The notes beneath the pieces are model-generated. The model saw only the letters and a program-made list of their open reading frames with translations. It was not told the DNA's origin and did no database searches. From positions 930,001-994,000 of the forward strand of contig JBHGNT010000001.1 in NCBI GenBank assembly GCA_043228905.1: a stretch of DNA of 64,000 nt, in the 5' to 3' direction. This DNA is from Azolla caroliniana. Its lineage: Eukaryota > Plantae > Polypodiophyta. Below, in pieces: positions 37,958 through 57,100 of this stretch; position 1 is the first letter of the stretch, and each line of letters starts with the position of its first letter. The position numbers were made by a program, and so were the translations under genes.

Positions 37958-38609
37958 GTTAACACTTATGAACAACACAAGATGGGGGATGATTAACTCT
38001 ATATTAAATTAGCATTATCATCATCAAATACAAAAATACCTACGATGAGGTATATATAGATCTCATGTGCAAGGGTGCACATGTGTGAGGATAATATAAG
38101 TACAAAAGTGTAAGTCCTATATTAAATGTACTTACGAGTGGAGGATCTAGAATATCCCACTTAAGTACAAGGTTCTATTTAAGGCGTTATAGTCAGCATT
38201 TCTAACTAGATTCTATCTAGGTAACTACGAAGTTACATGGTTGACTAACTAACTAAACTAAGTTGAACTTGATCTCTCAACAATAACACACATCTCTTCT
38301 GCTACACAAGAATAATATCCGATTCTTTACACCAATCAAGTGCTAGAGAAGTCACGAAATATCAACCATGAAGAAAGAGAACTTTGTAATGTCATATATC
38401 ATCATATTCGACATTTGAATTGGTGTGTAGGGTGTTAGTTAGTTAGAAGTAGTAGCACTCAACTCCGTGACGGGTTCTATACTTTGATGTAAGTTAATCA
38501 TCGTGGTGTGTTTTTTCACTCGTAATGAAAGCCATTATTTATGAGAAAGAAAGAAAGAAAGAAAGAAAAATATATTAATGTCTTCTAAGGCCATATTTGG
38601 CCCCAAGAC

Positions 38610-38708
38610 ATTTGGACCATTTCTCCATTTGTGCGTGTCATCCTTGCACAACGACCATGCTTATCTTCTATGTATCGTTCCAAATTTATCAAATGTCCCC
38701 GAAGGGTA
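38610..38708 (-). pseudogene. U6: Nearly full-length U6 snRNA pseudogene
   Basis: Minus strand reads CCCTTCGGGGACATTTGATAAATTTGGAACGATACATAGAAGATAAGCATGGTCGTTGTGCAAGGATGACACGCACAAATGGAGAAATGGTCCAAAT. This matches plant U6, but the ACAGAGA box is ACATAGA, the ISL is mutated, and there is no oligo-T terminator or clear USE. Confidence 0.9.
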
Positions 38709-38746
38709 AGGATGTAGCTGAGAGGGAGAAATAAAGAGAGACTAGT

Positions 38747-38820
38747 TGGATGTAGTTTAGTTGGTAAGGTTGCCCAATGGAGACCATGTGGTCATGGGTT
38801 CAACCCCTACATTTCATCCA
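38747..38820 (+). other. tRNA-derived sequence (tRNA pseudogene or SINE head)
   Basis: A-box TAGTTTAGTTGG (38753) and B-box GGTTCAACCCC (38797) at tRNA-like 44-nt spacing; TGGATG...CATCCA closing stem; anticodon arm does not pair properly. Confidence 0.6.
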
Positions 38821-39503
38821 CGCGAATTAAGAGATATATATGAAGCATATAATAGAGAGGTGAGGAAATCGGGTTTCGCAACAGATGTAGAGGCTTGTAA
38901 TGTAACGACTTACCAATAGGGTAAGCTAATTACGAAGAGAAAGAGAAAGAGAGAATTGGACTCATCATTTGAATTGTAGGGTGTCATTGAGGTTGGAGTA
39001 CTAGTAGTATTTAGATCCCTAGAAGGGTTCTATACCTTGTAGTAAGTTAGTTATGGTCGTGTTATTTTCTTTCCTAATGAAAGCCTTTATTTACGAAAAA
39101 GAAAATAGAGAGAATTTAATTTCGAACCCAAGTTTAACAACTTACCACTAGGGTAAGCTAATTACGACAAAAGAAAAAAGAGAGTTAGCCATGAATGTAT
39201 GTATGTATATATGTATGGTATGTATATCATAAGACATGGGTAGGCAGAGAATTAGCCATTGAATGCATGTATGCCATATGGTATGTATGTATGTACATAT
39301 GTATATATGTATGTACATATGTATATATGTATGCATAAGACAAGACATGGTTGGGTAGAATTATGAATACTCAGTTTTTCAAATGATATAACCCTAAAAA
39401 TTGTAACAAACACAATTATTTTACCAAGAAGGCAGGAAGACTGAAACCGAGGAGGAAGGAGGAGGAGGACGCACACTTCTGTGTTGTTGTTGTTGTTTCG
39501 GCT

Positions 39504-46410
<6,907 letters not shown>

Positions 46411-48914
46411 AATTATGTCATATATGTCAGATCGTTTGAACATATCAAAATTGAAAGGGTCTAGGTACATATATACGATGATGAAAATGCCTCGGGAAAC
46501 TTTTTTTCGAATTGTTTGGCATCATGTTTCCTATGGTGTTTGTTTGATCAAATGGGATTTCATCTGTAATCCAATCCATCTTTCCTCCACTAAAAGCTAT
46601 TGTCCCATTGTTGTCTATATCCTTTTTTCTTAAAGGAAGCAAGGTTTGTTAATAAGTTTTGGATATCTTAAGGGCATTCACAGGATGCCATCAGCACTCT
46701 AAAAGTGCATTATTGAATGAAATAATGCTTTATGTATCAGACATACGAATATATGTTTATTGGAAATTTTAATTTGGAGTTGCTGTTGTCACCAGTCACA
46801 GTCATGGGGAATCTGTAGTTTTAAGACTTTGAATATTACATTGCAAGGTGTCTTTAGCCAAGAGGATTATTGTAGCTTTTAGCGTAATTATTTTTGAAAC
46901 ATGTCTTGGACTTGGAAAGAATCTCATAAATATTTCCAATTTAACAATCAATATGAGATTTACCAAGGCATACATTGAGATAATACAAATTTGATCCTTG
47001 CGATTGGCTTTGCCCAACCATGTAGAATATTATGATTTAAGTAGACCTCCCGAAGGTCAAAATTGGCCTGAGTAATCATAAGTAATCTTACCCTCATTAG
47101 AGAGTCCAACTTTAGATTATTATGCCCAATACTAGAATTTGTTTTTATACATTTCCCGCAAATAAATTATGGGGAACATGTGGTAGAGGAGAGAAATAAT
47201 TACATGATAGAATCAGAGAAAGAATGATATATTAACGTCTTCTAAGACCAAAATTGGGCCATGAGACAATTGGTTTACAATAAAAATGGGGTGTTTACCC
47301 ATTCATTGATAGTGAAAAATAAAAATAAAAATATAGAGCGTAAGCTAAAGAGTTATAGAAAAAAAACATGTTCTATAAGGAAATGGATTTATACTAGGCC
47401 TAGTTTCATTTCCATCCAAGTCTCTCAAAAAGAAGCGGGAGGTCAAAGGGTTTCAATGTGGAGGTGGCCCGTGGTCCCAATGTAAACGATATCGTAACCA
47501 TAGTTGCTAGGCGGCGTAGCTCACGATCCCTTATCTTCTTAATTGTTTCTACTCCACATCGAGTTGCTTTAAAGCTCGACATTGGAGGGCGTTTGGTTGT
47601 TCTTTGCATTTCTGCTTCCTCAAGAGAGAGGTCAAGTGGTGTAGGTGTGTCCACATTCATCATCTCCCCTGAGAAAGTTAGAAATGATTAAATCAGATGA
47701 ATTCAATTATAAAAGTAGTGAATAAAGAAAAGTGATTGAAATCATTACATGGATGAGCAACAAGGAAAATGATTGAAATTATATTGCACAAAAAGTTCAA
47801 CCACCAACATGACATTAAATAGTGATATCCCATAAGAAAAAAGATTGGAAATAGTCACACTTGTCATGGATATTGAACAAGGAAAAAAGTTCAACCATCA
47901 ACATGATACTTGGACGAGGTTTCGGATGAAAAAGTAGTAACACAAAATTTCAACATGTAAAAAGACTACAGAACCTAACATCACCATTAAGAGTTTTTGC
48001 TTAAAATTGGTAACACAAAACCTTAACTACTCCTAATGATGCCTAATGGGCCTGCCTAGAAAGAAAAGAAAGAAAGTGACAATTGATATTTAAATTCTAT
48101 TGGACCATTGTTACCTTGTTTGATGTGTATCATGATACCTCTAGGAAGAAAAATAAAGGTACCACTTTTTTTAAAGTCCTTATCCATATGATCACACTTC
48201 TTGGCACCAAAAGCCGTGTTGCTAGCTTACCACAATATGGTTAAAGTTGAATACATAAGCAAGCATGTATTGCAACTTCTCTTTAATCAAATTACACTGT
48301 AAGGTCATTGTTCACTAGGAAGACATCTGTCAGAATACCCCCACGTTTTTTCTTCTCTTTATTTCTCTGAGTCGTTAATCAAATTTAGGGTTATCTCCTT
48401 GAATATCCTTGGGTTAATCGCGTTGCTTTTTGTTCAAGCAATTCGTATTTTGCTATTTAAGAAATCATATTTGGCCCATTTGTGATGTTTTTCATTAATC
48501 ATACATGCTATTATTTGAGGACTTTGGGGGAACTAAAGAAACTTCGGAATACACAAGTAAAGAAAAAAGAAGCAAGAATAATATATCGGAGTTCTTCCCT
48601 TAATTCAATTCGAGAAATACTATTTATGGAGAGGGAGAGAAGAAGAGGGGGGGGGGGGGGGGGGGTGTATGGAGAAATCACAAAACCATGATTATGTGAA
48701 CATATTTTTTATATTTCTTCACAAATTATACATAGAGTAGGTAGTAACATACATCATCATGGTATACTGTGGATGAGAGAGCCCTTGTTATTGAAAAAGG
48801 GTCACAATAGCAAGGTCACTAAAACCAAAGGTGTTATTGGGTGTGCATACTACATATAGAGACTTTGGAAGGTTATATTAAGTTGATGTATGTGTTGAGA
48901 GCACTTATATATGG

Positions 48915-49133
48915 TTAATGGTGTCTTGGTCCTCCTTGGGGGGGAGGTGGAGAAGGGCCATGGTGAGGTGCCGGATGAGCGGGAGCGTGATGTGGTGGTG
49001 GAGGTGCGGGGGTGTGATGTGGTGGTGGAGGTGCAGGGGTGTGATGTGGTGGTGGAGGTGTGTGGTGTGGTGGTGGAGCTGGTGTAGGATGAGGGTGTGG
49101 TTGTGAGTGAGGATGATTGTGATGAGGATCCAT
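48915..49133 (-). CDS. Putative 72-aa His/Pro-rich repeat microprotein (MDPHHNHPHSQPHPHPTPAPPPHH...GGPRHH)
   Basis: TATAAAAA at 49174-49167; strong start context AAACAAACATGG; repeated TPAPPPPHH units; stop at the end of the GC-rich island; no signal peptide. Confidence 0.6.
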   Translation of the reverse strand: MDPHHNHPHSQPHPHPTPAPPPHHTPPPPHHTPAPPPPHHTPAPPPPHHAPAHPAPHHGPSPPPPQGGPRHH

Positions 49134-51936
49134 GTTTGTTTGCCTTATGTTCTCTCTCACCCACCCTTTTTATACCCCCAAAGGATAGACACTCACCAAT
49201 TTGTTTTGCACTTTACCTTTGCATCATCTCATTTGAAATAAAGACTCTTTAAACAAAAATAATAATCATTACTATAGTAGTGACACTAGTTTAAACTTTA
49301 TTCATCGCGCATGGAAAACAATGAAATTTTAATCTCCTTAGATGATAGACGACTATGGCTTGTAGTGGTCGACAAGATTGTAGCCCCATCCTCCTTTGGG
49401 TATTTGCTTTATAAAGTGTGGCATGCCTTGACACTTGTCTTGCATACAATAGTGTCATATTTGTCAAATACGCAATCACTCTATGAAAGACAAAGCTCTT
49501 GAGCTGTGAGTCCTTGGTATTGTTAGCATGAAGGAAACCTAGTTAGGCCTCTAGCTCATACATTAACGTGAGATGTATGCAACTTGGCCTCCATATATAT
49601 GTTTGTGTATTCAACTCTACATCTCATCAGTTTGATCCTTGTATTTTGTGACGATTTCCAACAATTACTTACGCGATCCATAATTTGTCAAAATTCACGT
49701 TTCTATAAAGATGACAACTCTCTAGCAATGCATTAAGGTTTTCCCAAGCTTCTATATATTCTTAAGATGACATATTTAAGGATTTGTCAAAATTTACGAT
49801 GGATTGGGAAGTGTGACTAATATTTATGAAACATAATCATTACTTAGAAAATTTAAAAGATTCTCTAGCCTTGAGGGTTCCATAACCTATAAATTTGTGA
49901 CACCATTGTAGATTCTTTCTTTTTTACATCACATTAGAAGTATATCACACCTTTCGGAAACCCATCATGGTAACATGACAAACATCACTTTAATTACACG
50001 ACCAATGTATAATAGCCCATGGTCAAATATAATGCCACATCCTGCATCCACTTCATTGTAGAAGGTCATAGCTCTAATGATCTCATTGGAAGCATGAGCT
50101 TTATCCTCTTGGCTACCCATCCGGCTTGGCAATTAGTCAAAATTTACAACCCCACTTCTATGAAAACAATAGTGCCACGGGGCACACATTTCGAGATGTT
50201 GCCCATACTTGTTATATGCATACTAGTTTCTCCTGGATATTCCTAGGTTATACTCTTTACAATTTGGATTTCTGAGTTTAAAAATGTTAAAAGGCTAGAG
50301 ATATAGATAAGAAGAAGATATTGTATATAAAGTTGCTAGATTTTTAAAAAGTCTAGAATCTTCACTTGTCGGTTTTAGTTGCCTCATGTTAGTCAGTCTA
50401 TGTACAGTGCATGTGCCTTTATCTCGTTGCCCCTTTTTCTCTTACACGTTCCAAACTACAGATGCTCATTTTAGAAAGGTAGGCTCCCTTTCATTTTCAA
50501 TGGTCCAAAACTCTTGAATGACAAGAAGAAATTGAACTCCCCCATCTTTTGGCACGTTATGCAAGGGACCATATATTTACGGAAGAACAAAATTACAATA
50601 TATAGTTTTGTTTAATCAAACGTACTAAATACTCTTAAGATGTTACATGTAGACTAACACATAGATGTTACTTGTTTTTTCTGCGTGGAAATTGTCCCTA
50701 TTTTATGTATGGGGGCTTACGAGGAATTTCCAAACAAAAACAAAAAACATAAACACCATGCACACGAAAATTATGAGCAACTGATAATGGCCATTGTGAT
50801 CCAACCTACCTAAGGAAACACCCATTGAAATGGGGACTTTGAAATCCTAGTTATGGAATCCAATGTTAGAAAAATATATGTCAAGTGATATCTTGAAATG
50901 AGACAAGTGATAAAGTGGCGTGGTATGTTCAGGAAAGAGAAACATTCAATTGGCAATCTTCCTCACCCTTAAAGCATCTCCCATGTGTAATTTCTCGACC
51001 ATGACCCTCAATAGAAACACTTCAACTCTAAATGGAAGATAGAAACCATGTGCCTAGCACACATTGTGACCATATTATGAGCGTCATTCACACCCTCATA
51101 AACTTATCCGCCATCACTTCATGGTTGAAACATAGCTCATAAAAATGGAAAATCTCCAAACCAACATATGTTTGTACAAATTCAACACTGCAACAAGCCC
51201 CAATCTGCTTGGACCTACTAACATGATTCCATGACACTCAACGGAAGACCCATTTTCTACCTTCATTCAACACTTTGTGTTGTAAATTGATCACTTGTTA
51301 ATGTGGATCATTCTGCTTTTCTTTGAGGGTTGGTCCGTCAAGGGTCACGTGGGGTAGTGAAAATGCCCAAATCACTATTGAGTTAATGAACTCCTTCCAC
51401 CATGTAAATTGCAATGATGTTGTCAATATTTAATGTCCATTTTAGACCATAGTAACAAAGGTATATAGTAGGATATTATAGGATCTATTATTGAATGTAC
51501 TACTTTAAGATATTCAACCTCAAATTCCTCTCCCAAAGCCGATGCTCCCGCAATACACTTTATGGTGCTCTTCATAGCTTCTATTTGTATTGGGCAAAAG
51601 GTATGTGATGGTTCAAATATGATTCTATCATTTACAATTGTCACATTCATTAACAATTGTAGGTATTGCACGATGTAACTAGTTAATTCTCTTAACATAC
51701 TTTGCTCAACTCTGAAGCTTTTCTCAAGCTCACATAAAATTTTGAATTTACATATCAGTTTTTTCATGGTTTAGACAAAGATTTTGAGGGTGTTTTTGAC
51801 TACCTCGCACGTAATACAAATGATGGTCATCTTATTGCCTAAAAAGATTCATCATATATGAAACTCCAAATATTTTTCTGATAGAAGATACATTAATGAG
51901 GAAACAAAAATGTTCACTTCTTTGGGATTTGCATGG

Positions 51937-52085
51937 AAACATTACATCAAAGTGGCCTCCATGCATGTTGATCATAAATTTATTCAACAGTCTTATTGAG
52001 ACAAGGACCAAAACATTACATCAAATTAGACTCCATGCATGTTGATCATCAATTTATTCAACAGTCTTATTGAGACAAGGACCAA
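51937..52085. repeat. 74-bp tandem duplication in the SUS 3' region; each copy has AATAAA on the minus strand
   Basis: aaacattacatcaaa...gagacaaggacca starts at 51937 and 52011. Confidence 0.8.
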
Positions 52086-52170
52086 GCCAGTATTCTAGAT
52101 ACTAAGATTACCCACGACTGATGTTTCATCATTATTTATTCTGCATTATTTGAAGAGCTTAGCTTAGGTT

Positions 52171-54102
52171 TCAATATGAGTTTTCCGCAATTGCCCCTTT
52201 GATTTGATTCTCTGTTACTTGTGTCTCTTCTATGGTCAATGGTACAGTCTTTACCTGTCACACACACACACACACACAAATACTCTGAAGATCAGTTCTT
52301 CAAAACCACATTTGTAGAAACAAGGCATCATGTAAATCAACGTATTAGCATTAAAAGAGATGGTTTTCCACGCAAGAAAAATGTGATGTCAGTAGGCTAA
52401 AATCATGTAAATTAACACAACTCTCCTTCACAAAACGCCTATACAAATTCACATGATGTTCATTGACAAAACCTGATTTTCTTCTATAAGATTGTTCACA
52501 CAACACTTACACTGCTAACAAAAAGGCTGAATTAATTGGATTGGTGGTATTAGCAAAAACGTGAATGTAAACGAAATGAAAGGAAGTGCAAAATATCTTT
52601 GATTGAAATAATATGACCATTATTATCAAAACGTATCAAACTTACGAGGTTTCTGAACTTCAAGATATAGAACATCTCGATATATCGGCGTGTTTCGAGC
52701 CTCCCAAGCTTTGAAACGTACTTCCAGAAGCTATAAACCCTTGTTAACATCATAAGACGTTCGGCATATATCTTCCATGTGAACCTGATCCCCGGCCACC
52801 GAGTCATTATACAGTTGATGTTAATTACATGCATTAAAACATGGTAAATGCATGGCTTAAAACATAGTCAATGCTAACCGCTTAAAACATTCTCTCACTT
52901 TTCGTAGATTCTTTGCAAAGACGCTTCGGATATCTGAGTCCAGTAGGCAGGATCGCCCTTGCATTTGGTGAAGAAGTGCGTAAGCTTTGCACTTGATTCA
53001 GCACCATTGTAAGGGTCGATGTGGAAGCCTGAAACTCCATTTACGATGATTTCTGCGGGCCCTCCATGACAAGTTGCAAAAGTGGGGAGCCCACATGTCA
53101 TAGCCTCGACAACTGTGAGCCCGAATGCCTCATAAAGGGCGGGCTGTAATGGGAATCCAATCAATTGATTTTTTCCACACGATAATATTAACATTATAAA
53201 CACCACCTAGATTTAGCTGGACAACTCTCATCTTTCTTGTATGGCCAACCAATTATAACATTCTTAGCAAATCAGATGACACATCTAGATTATTTTCGAT
53301 AATCACTCTCTTTTGTCATGTCTCATTTGCTCAACATTTTGGCATTCATAAGGTCTGATTTGGATTGCTTGTTTAAGCAGGGCAATATCACATTACTACA
53401 TACATGGGCACATTGGATGAAATATCTACTTTTAAGCCTAAAGTCTTTCGGGTGTGACATGGATATTTGCAGTTAAGAGGGCAGTCATACAAACGCTCTT
53501 TGCTTCCTCAGCGATGTCATATAGCATTACAAGCACATCAAAATTTTACACATGTAGATTTAGTAAGTATATATGTATGCGGCATTATAGGTATGTCATT
53601 GGATAGCATCTAAGTTTTGCTATATGTGTGTGTGCGTGTATGTACCTGTACAAAAGCTCCTCTTGTGTCAGCAATATATCTGTACAATTCCCCATTCCTG
53701 ACACGATTCTTTTGTGCACATATCCATCGGAACTGACCTGGTAGATTGTACTCTGCCATAAGGCTATGCATTATTTCAATCTCTTTCACTTCCTCCCTAT
53801 CCCTTGACTTGGTTGGATTAATGTCACCCCCTACAACCACCAGATTCACCATTTGTCGAAGTTCCTCATTCTCACCAAACCACTTCACTAATCCAGTTAA
53901 ATTTTTAACTCGATCCAAACGAGCCATAGAGAAGATGATTGGTTTCGCTCGATCTTCAAGGAATCCTCTATAAACAATAAACAAACCAACTAAATCATGA
54001 GAAAATGTGACAGCATTGATGGTGTTAGGTGTAAGGATTTGAATCTAGGAGCTTGGGTTGATGGCCTAATTGCTTGGCAAATTATGGTAATAAAAGGAAA
54101 AA

Positions 54103-54142
<40 letters not shown>

Positions 54143-57100
54143 GTGCTCATCAGTTTGACTGCGACCATAGACAAGGTCCTCAATATCGGCATGAAGTGCT
54201 TTCAATCGTCTTTTTTCATCCGAGAATGGGAAGTATATATTCATGTCTGCTCCAGGTGAGACGATGTTGAACTTTGGGTCGAAAACATCAATGCCATTCA
54301 CCACCCGATAACATCCCGGCAAAGTGAAAGCCATGTGACTCTCATATTGTCCTACCGTATCTTTGCTGCAGTTAGAAACAAAATACAAGGAAAACAATCA
54401 TTTGTTGATTAAACGAAAAACAACAAAAAAACATGCTGAAATATCTCTTTTTCATTTTAAAGAATACAAGGCCTTCCTTGGGCACACTTTAAGAAGGAAC
54501 TAATTCAACCTTCCAGCAATCTCTTGGTAAGTGCTTGTTACTATGAAGTCGGCATGGTTCATGGCTATAATGTCTGCTGTAAATTGGCATGAGAAATGAT
54601 ATTTGTCTTCAAATTTCTTCCAGTAAATATCAGAGTCTGGATACTTGGTTTTCTCCAATGCATGTGCTATGTTGCACTGAAACAATGCCCATATAAATAT
54701 TATTGAGGGGAAATCGCAGACCGAAAATTTAAAATTTAGAGTAGCTTATAAGGTTGCACGCATACCTGAGTTATACCCAATTTATGCGCAATTAAAGACG
54801 CAACCAAATTTCCATCACTATAATTCCCTATTATCAACTCAGGCGGGCCATTGAGCTCCCCACATATTTCACTAGTTGCATCCTGCATGTAAGATAATAT
54901 CAGCTTTAGAAACTCGATCAAAACACTTTGCCTACTCTTAAGCAGAAGTTATTTTCAGCCACTAATATTAAACTACCTTCGAAAATCTTTCCATGTAATG
55001 CCAAATACATATATATAAATAATCAAAATGGAAAGAAAAGAAGAAGAAAGATCACATATGCTACCTCAGCGAATCTTTCCAGGTAAGGCCAGATATCAAA
55101 TCGGGATCTCCACCGGCGAACCACTCCTTTATCGGTTCGGAATGGAACCCTTAAAATCTTTGAGAATTGAGTACCACTTATCTTTTCAATACGTTGGTTG
55201 CATGACGTCCCCTCTGCCTCGGGAATCAAGCGAGTTACCTTGAAACATTGATCCACCCCAAATCAATCAAACTAAAAGAATTCCAGTCGAAAGTCTTCAA
55301 ACTCTCTCTGAAGAGAAAATTTGGTAAAATATTATAGATCCATTTCATCCAGCAACACTATTATACATACCACAAGTATTTTTGGCTCGATCTCAAGCCC
55401 TTGCTTCTTAATATTATCCAGCATCTCACTCTCCAAAGCACGAACTTGATCCAGAATATACACCACCTATGTCCCCAACACATATTTTATTTAAAAATCA
55501 TATATAAATGTATCAAGACTCTACAATACTTTCGGTAATGAAAGACAATATATCTATATCATGTCTTTTATGGTGCTTTCTAACCTGTCCACCTGTGTCA
55601 GGCAAGCCCAGTACATTAGCCTGGCCAAAATATCCATGGGGTGATAGTATCACCACATTAAAAACCATTGGGATTCTTCCAAGAAATTTCTCTAGAGTAT
55701 CTGGATCAGGCGCTTGTAGGATTTCAAGCAATAAGTGTATCATCTCCAACACACATTTAGCTGTGCTCCCCCATCCTTTCTCTAGTCCTAACTCTTGAAG
55801 CCTGAAGCGAACATTAAGAAAGCAAAGAAAAAAGAGTTAAAAGCACACATACGTTAAAGATTCATCAAGCTTCTGAAATAGAGTTAAAAATATATAAACC
55901 TATGGCCAAATTCCATATACACAGTATCCTCTGGAAGCTTAAGTAGTAGTTCCTCTGCTTTTAGCAATGCGGACCTTAGCTTGAGTAAACTTGGAATGCG
56001 TTCATTCAACATCAACGTCTAATATAACAGACTCAGATTAATTTATAATGAGAGACTTGTACACTAAACAAACCCAAAAAAGAAAAGAGTTTTTTTATAG
56101 TAAAGCATAAAACTATATAACCTGGCCCTGGTATTTGTGGGTCCGAAGAAACTCAAAGAGGGGTTGCATGCTCTCTGCATCACCAAAGAGCCGAGAGCAA
56201 AGATGTCGATTCAGGAATTGAACTCCATTTCCAATGGAGGATGGTCTCGTTAATCGTGGGAAATTTGCATTAAATGGTCCAAAATCCAATTCAAGGACAT
56301 ACAGATCCTCAGTCCTGTGTTGAAATAAGAACATACTTTCATGGCAAGAGCAAATATTGCTAATTTTGTTGGGTTTCCCCCCCAATTTCCTTAATGAATA
56401 TGAACCAAATTTCTTGTTTTTTAAATTCATATGAGTCTCTTAATAATCCACGTTGAATCCTATCCATCAACACGAACATAAAACCTTGAAACAAAAATTC
56501 AGATATAGATAAAATGGAAATAATATACGATTCATCGACGAGTAGCTCTTTGAATCCAAGGTATTCAGAAACAGTAAGTTCATCGAGTGTCATCTCATCC
56601 ACATTAACACGAACATATTCCCATACACCTGGCTTTGGGCGAACCGCCATTGCGACCCAAGGAGGATAGACGATAGCTTCCTGTTTTAGACAGGTCCACC
56701 CAAAAACAAAGGTCGGAATTTTGTGAGTTCTTATAACCATAAATTTTAAGGCTCCGGAATATGGGTATGCAAAATACAAAAGAAAACAGAAACAAAAATG
56801 AAGCAAATTTTTACGCAGACATTGGTACATTGGGAGTCCACCATTATTACATAACCAATCATTATGCAGCAATGCTATGAGACTAGCATACCATTGGAAC
56901 ACCGGGAATCGTCAATAAGGTAGCTTTTTGGAAATTACAAGACTATAGCTGCTATATTAAAACATACTAGATTTACAAATCAAAACTTTCAATATCCAAA
57001 ATCGGACCTCTGATATAGTATTCAGAGATAAATGATCCAATATATGATCAAAAACAAATGACACGTTTATTCATTATAAAAATGAGACTACACATATATA

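Larger units (their letters stand above)
22790..38282 (-). mobile_element. Truncated Ty1/Copia element A (5' LTR 38282-37815, partial 3' LTR about 23055-22790); hosts three further LTR insertions
   Basis: TSD ATAAC at 22785-22789 and 38283-38287; tRNA-iMet PBS TGGTATCAGAG at 37814-37804. Gag (SEKLDRSNYSSW), zinc knuckle CNYCGKIGHREEEC, protease VDSGASHHMT, GAG-pre-integrase ELWHKRIDH, integrase IHSDVWGP...FIDDY; RT and RNase H deleted. Confidence 0.88.
22394..38331 (+). mobile_element. Old solo LTR (about 440 bp: 22394-22789 plus 38288-38331), split by the nested insertions
   Basis: Starts TGTTGAG, ends TTTACA; 5-bp TSD CCAAT at 22389-22393 and 38332-38336; TATATAAA near 22617. Confidence 0.7.

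Noticed and set aside
38610-38708. Functional U6 gene
   Set aside because: ACAGAGA box and ISL are mutated, and there is no terminator or convincing USE
47406-47691. GC-richer short ORFs on both strands
   Set aside because: No recognisable domain; probably transposon debris
48850-49164. Alternative Ser/Thr-rich frame and Trp-rich antisense frame over the His/Pro ORF
   Set aside because: The longer frame starts at a non-ATG codon next to the TATA box; the ATG at 49133 has the better context
51423-51767. 114-aa minus-strand ORF, and similar ORFs at 58546-59328
   Set aside because: No recognisable motif or splice structure; no function can be assigned by eye
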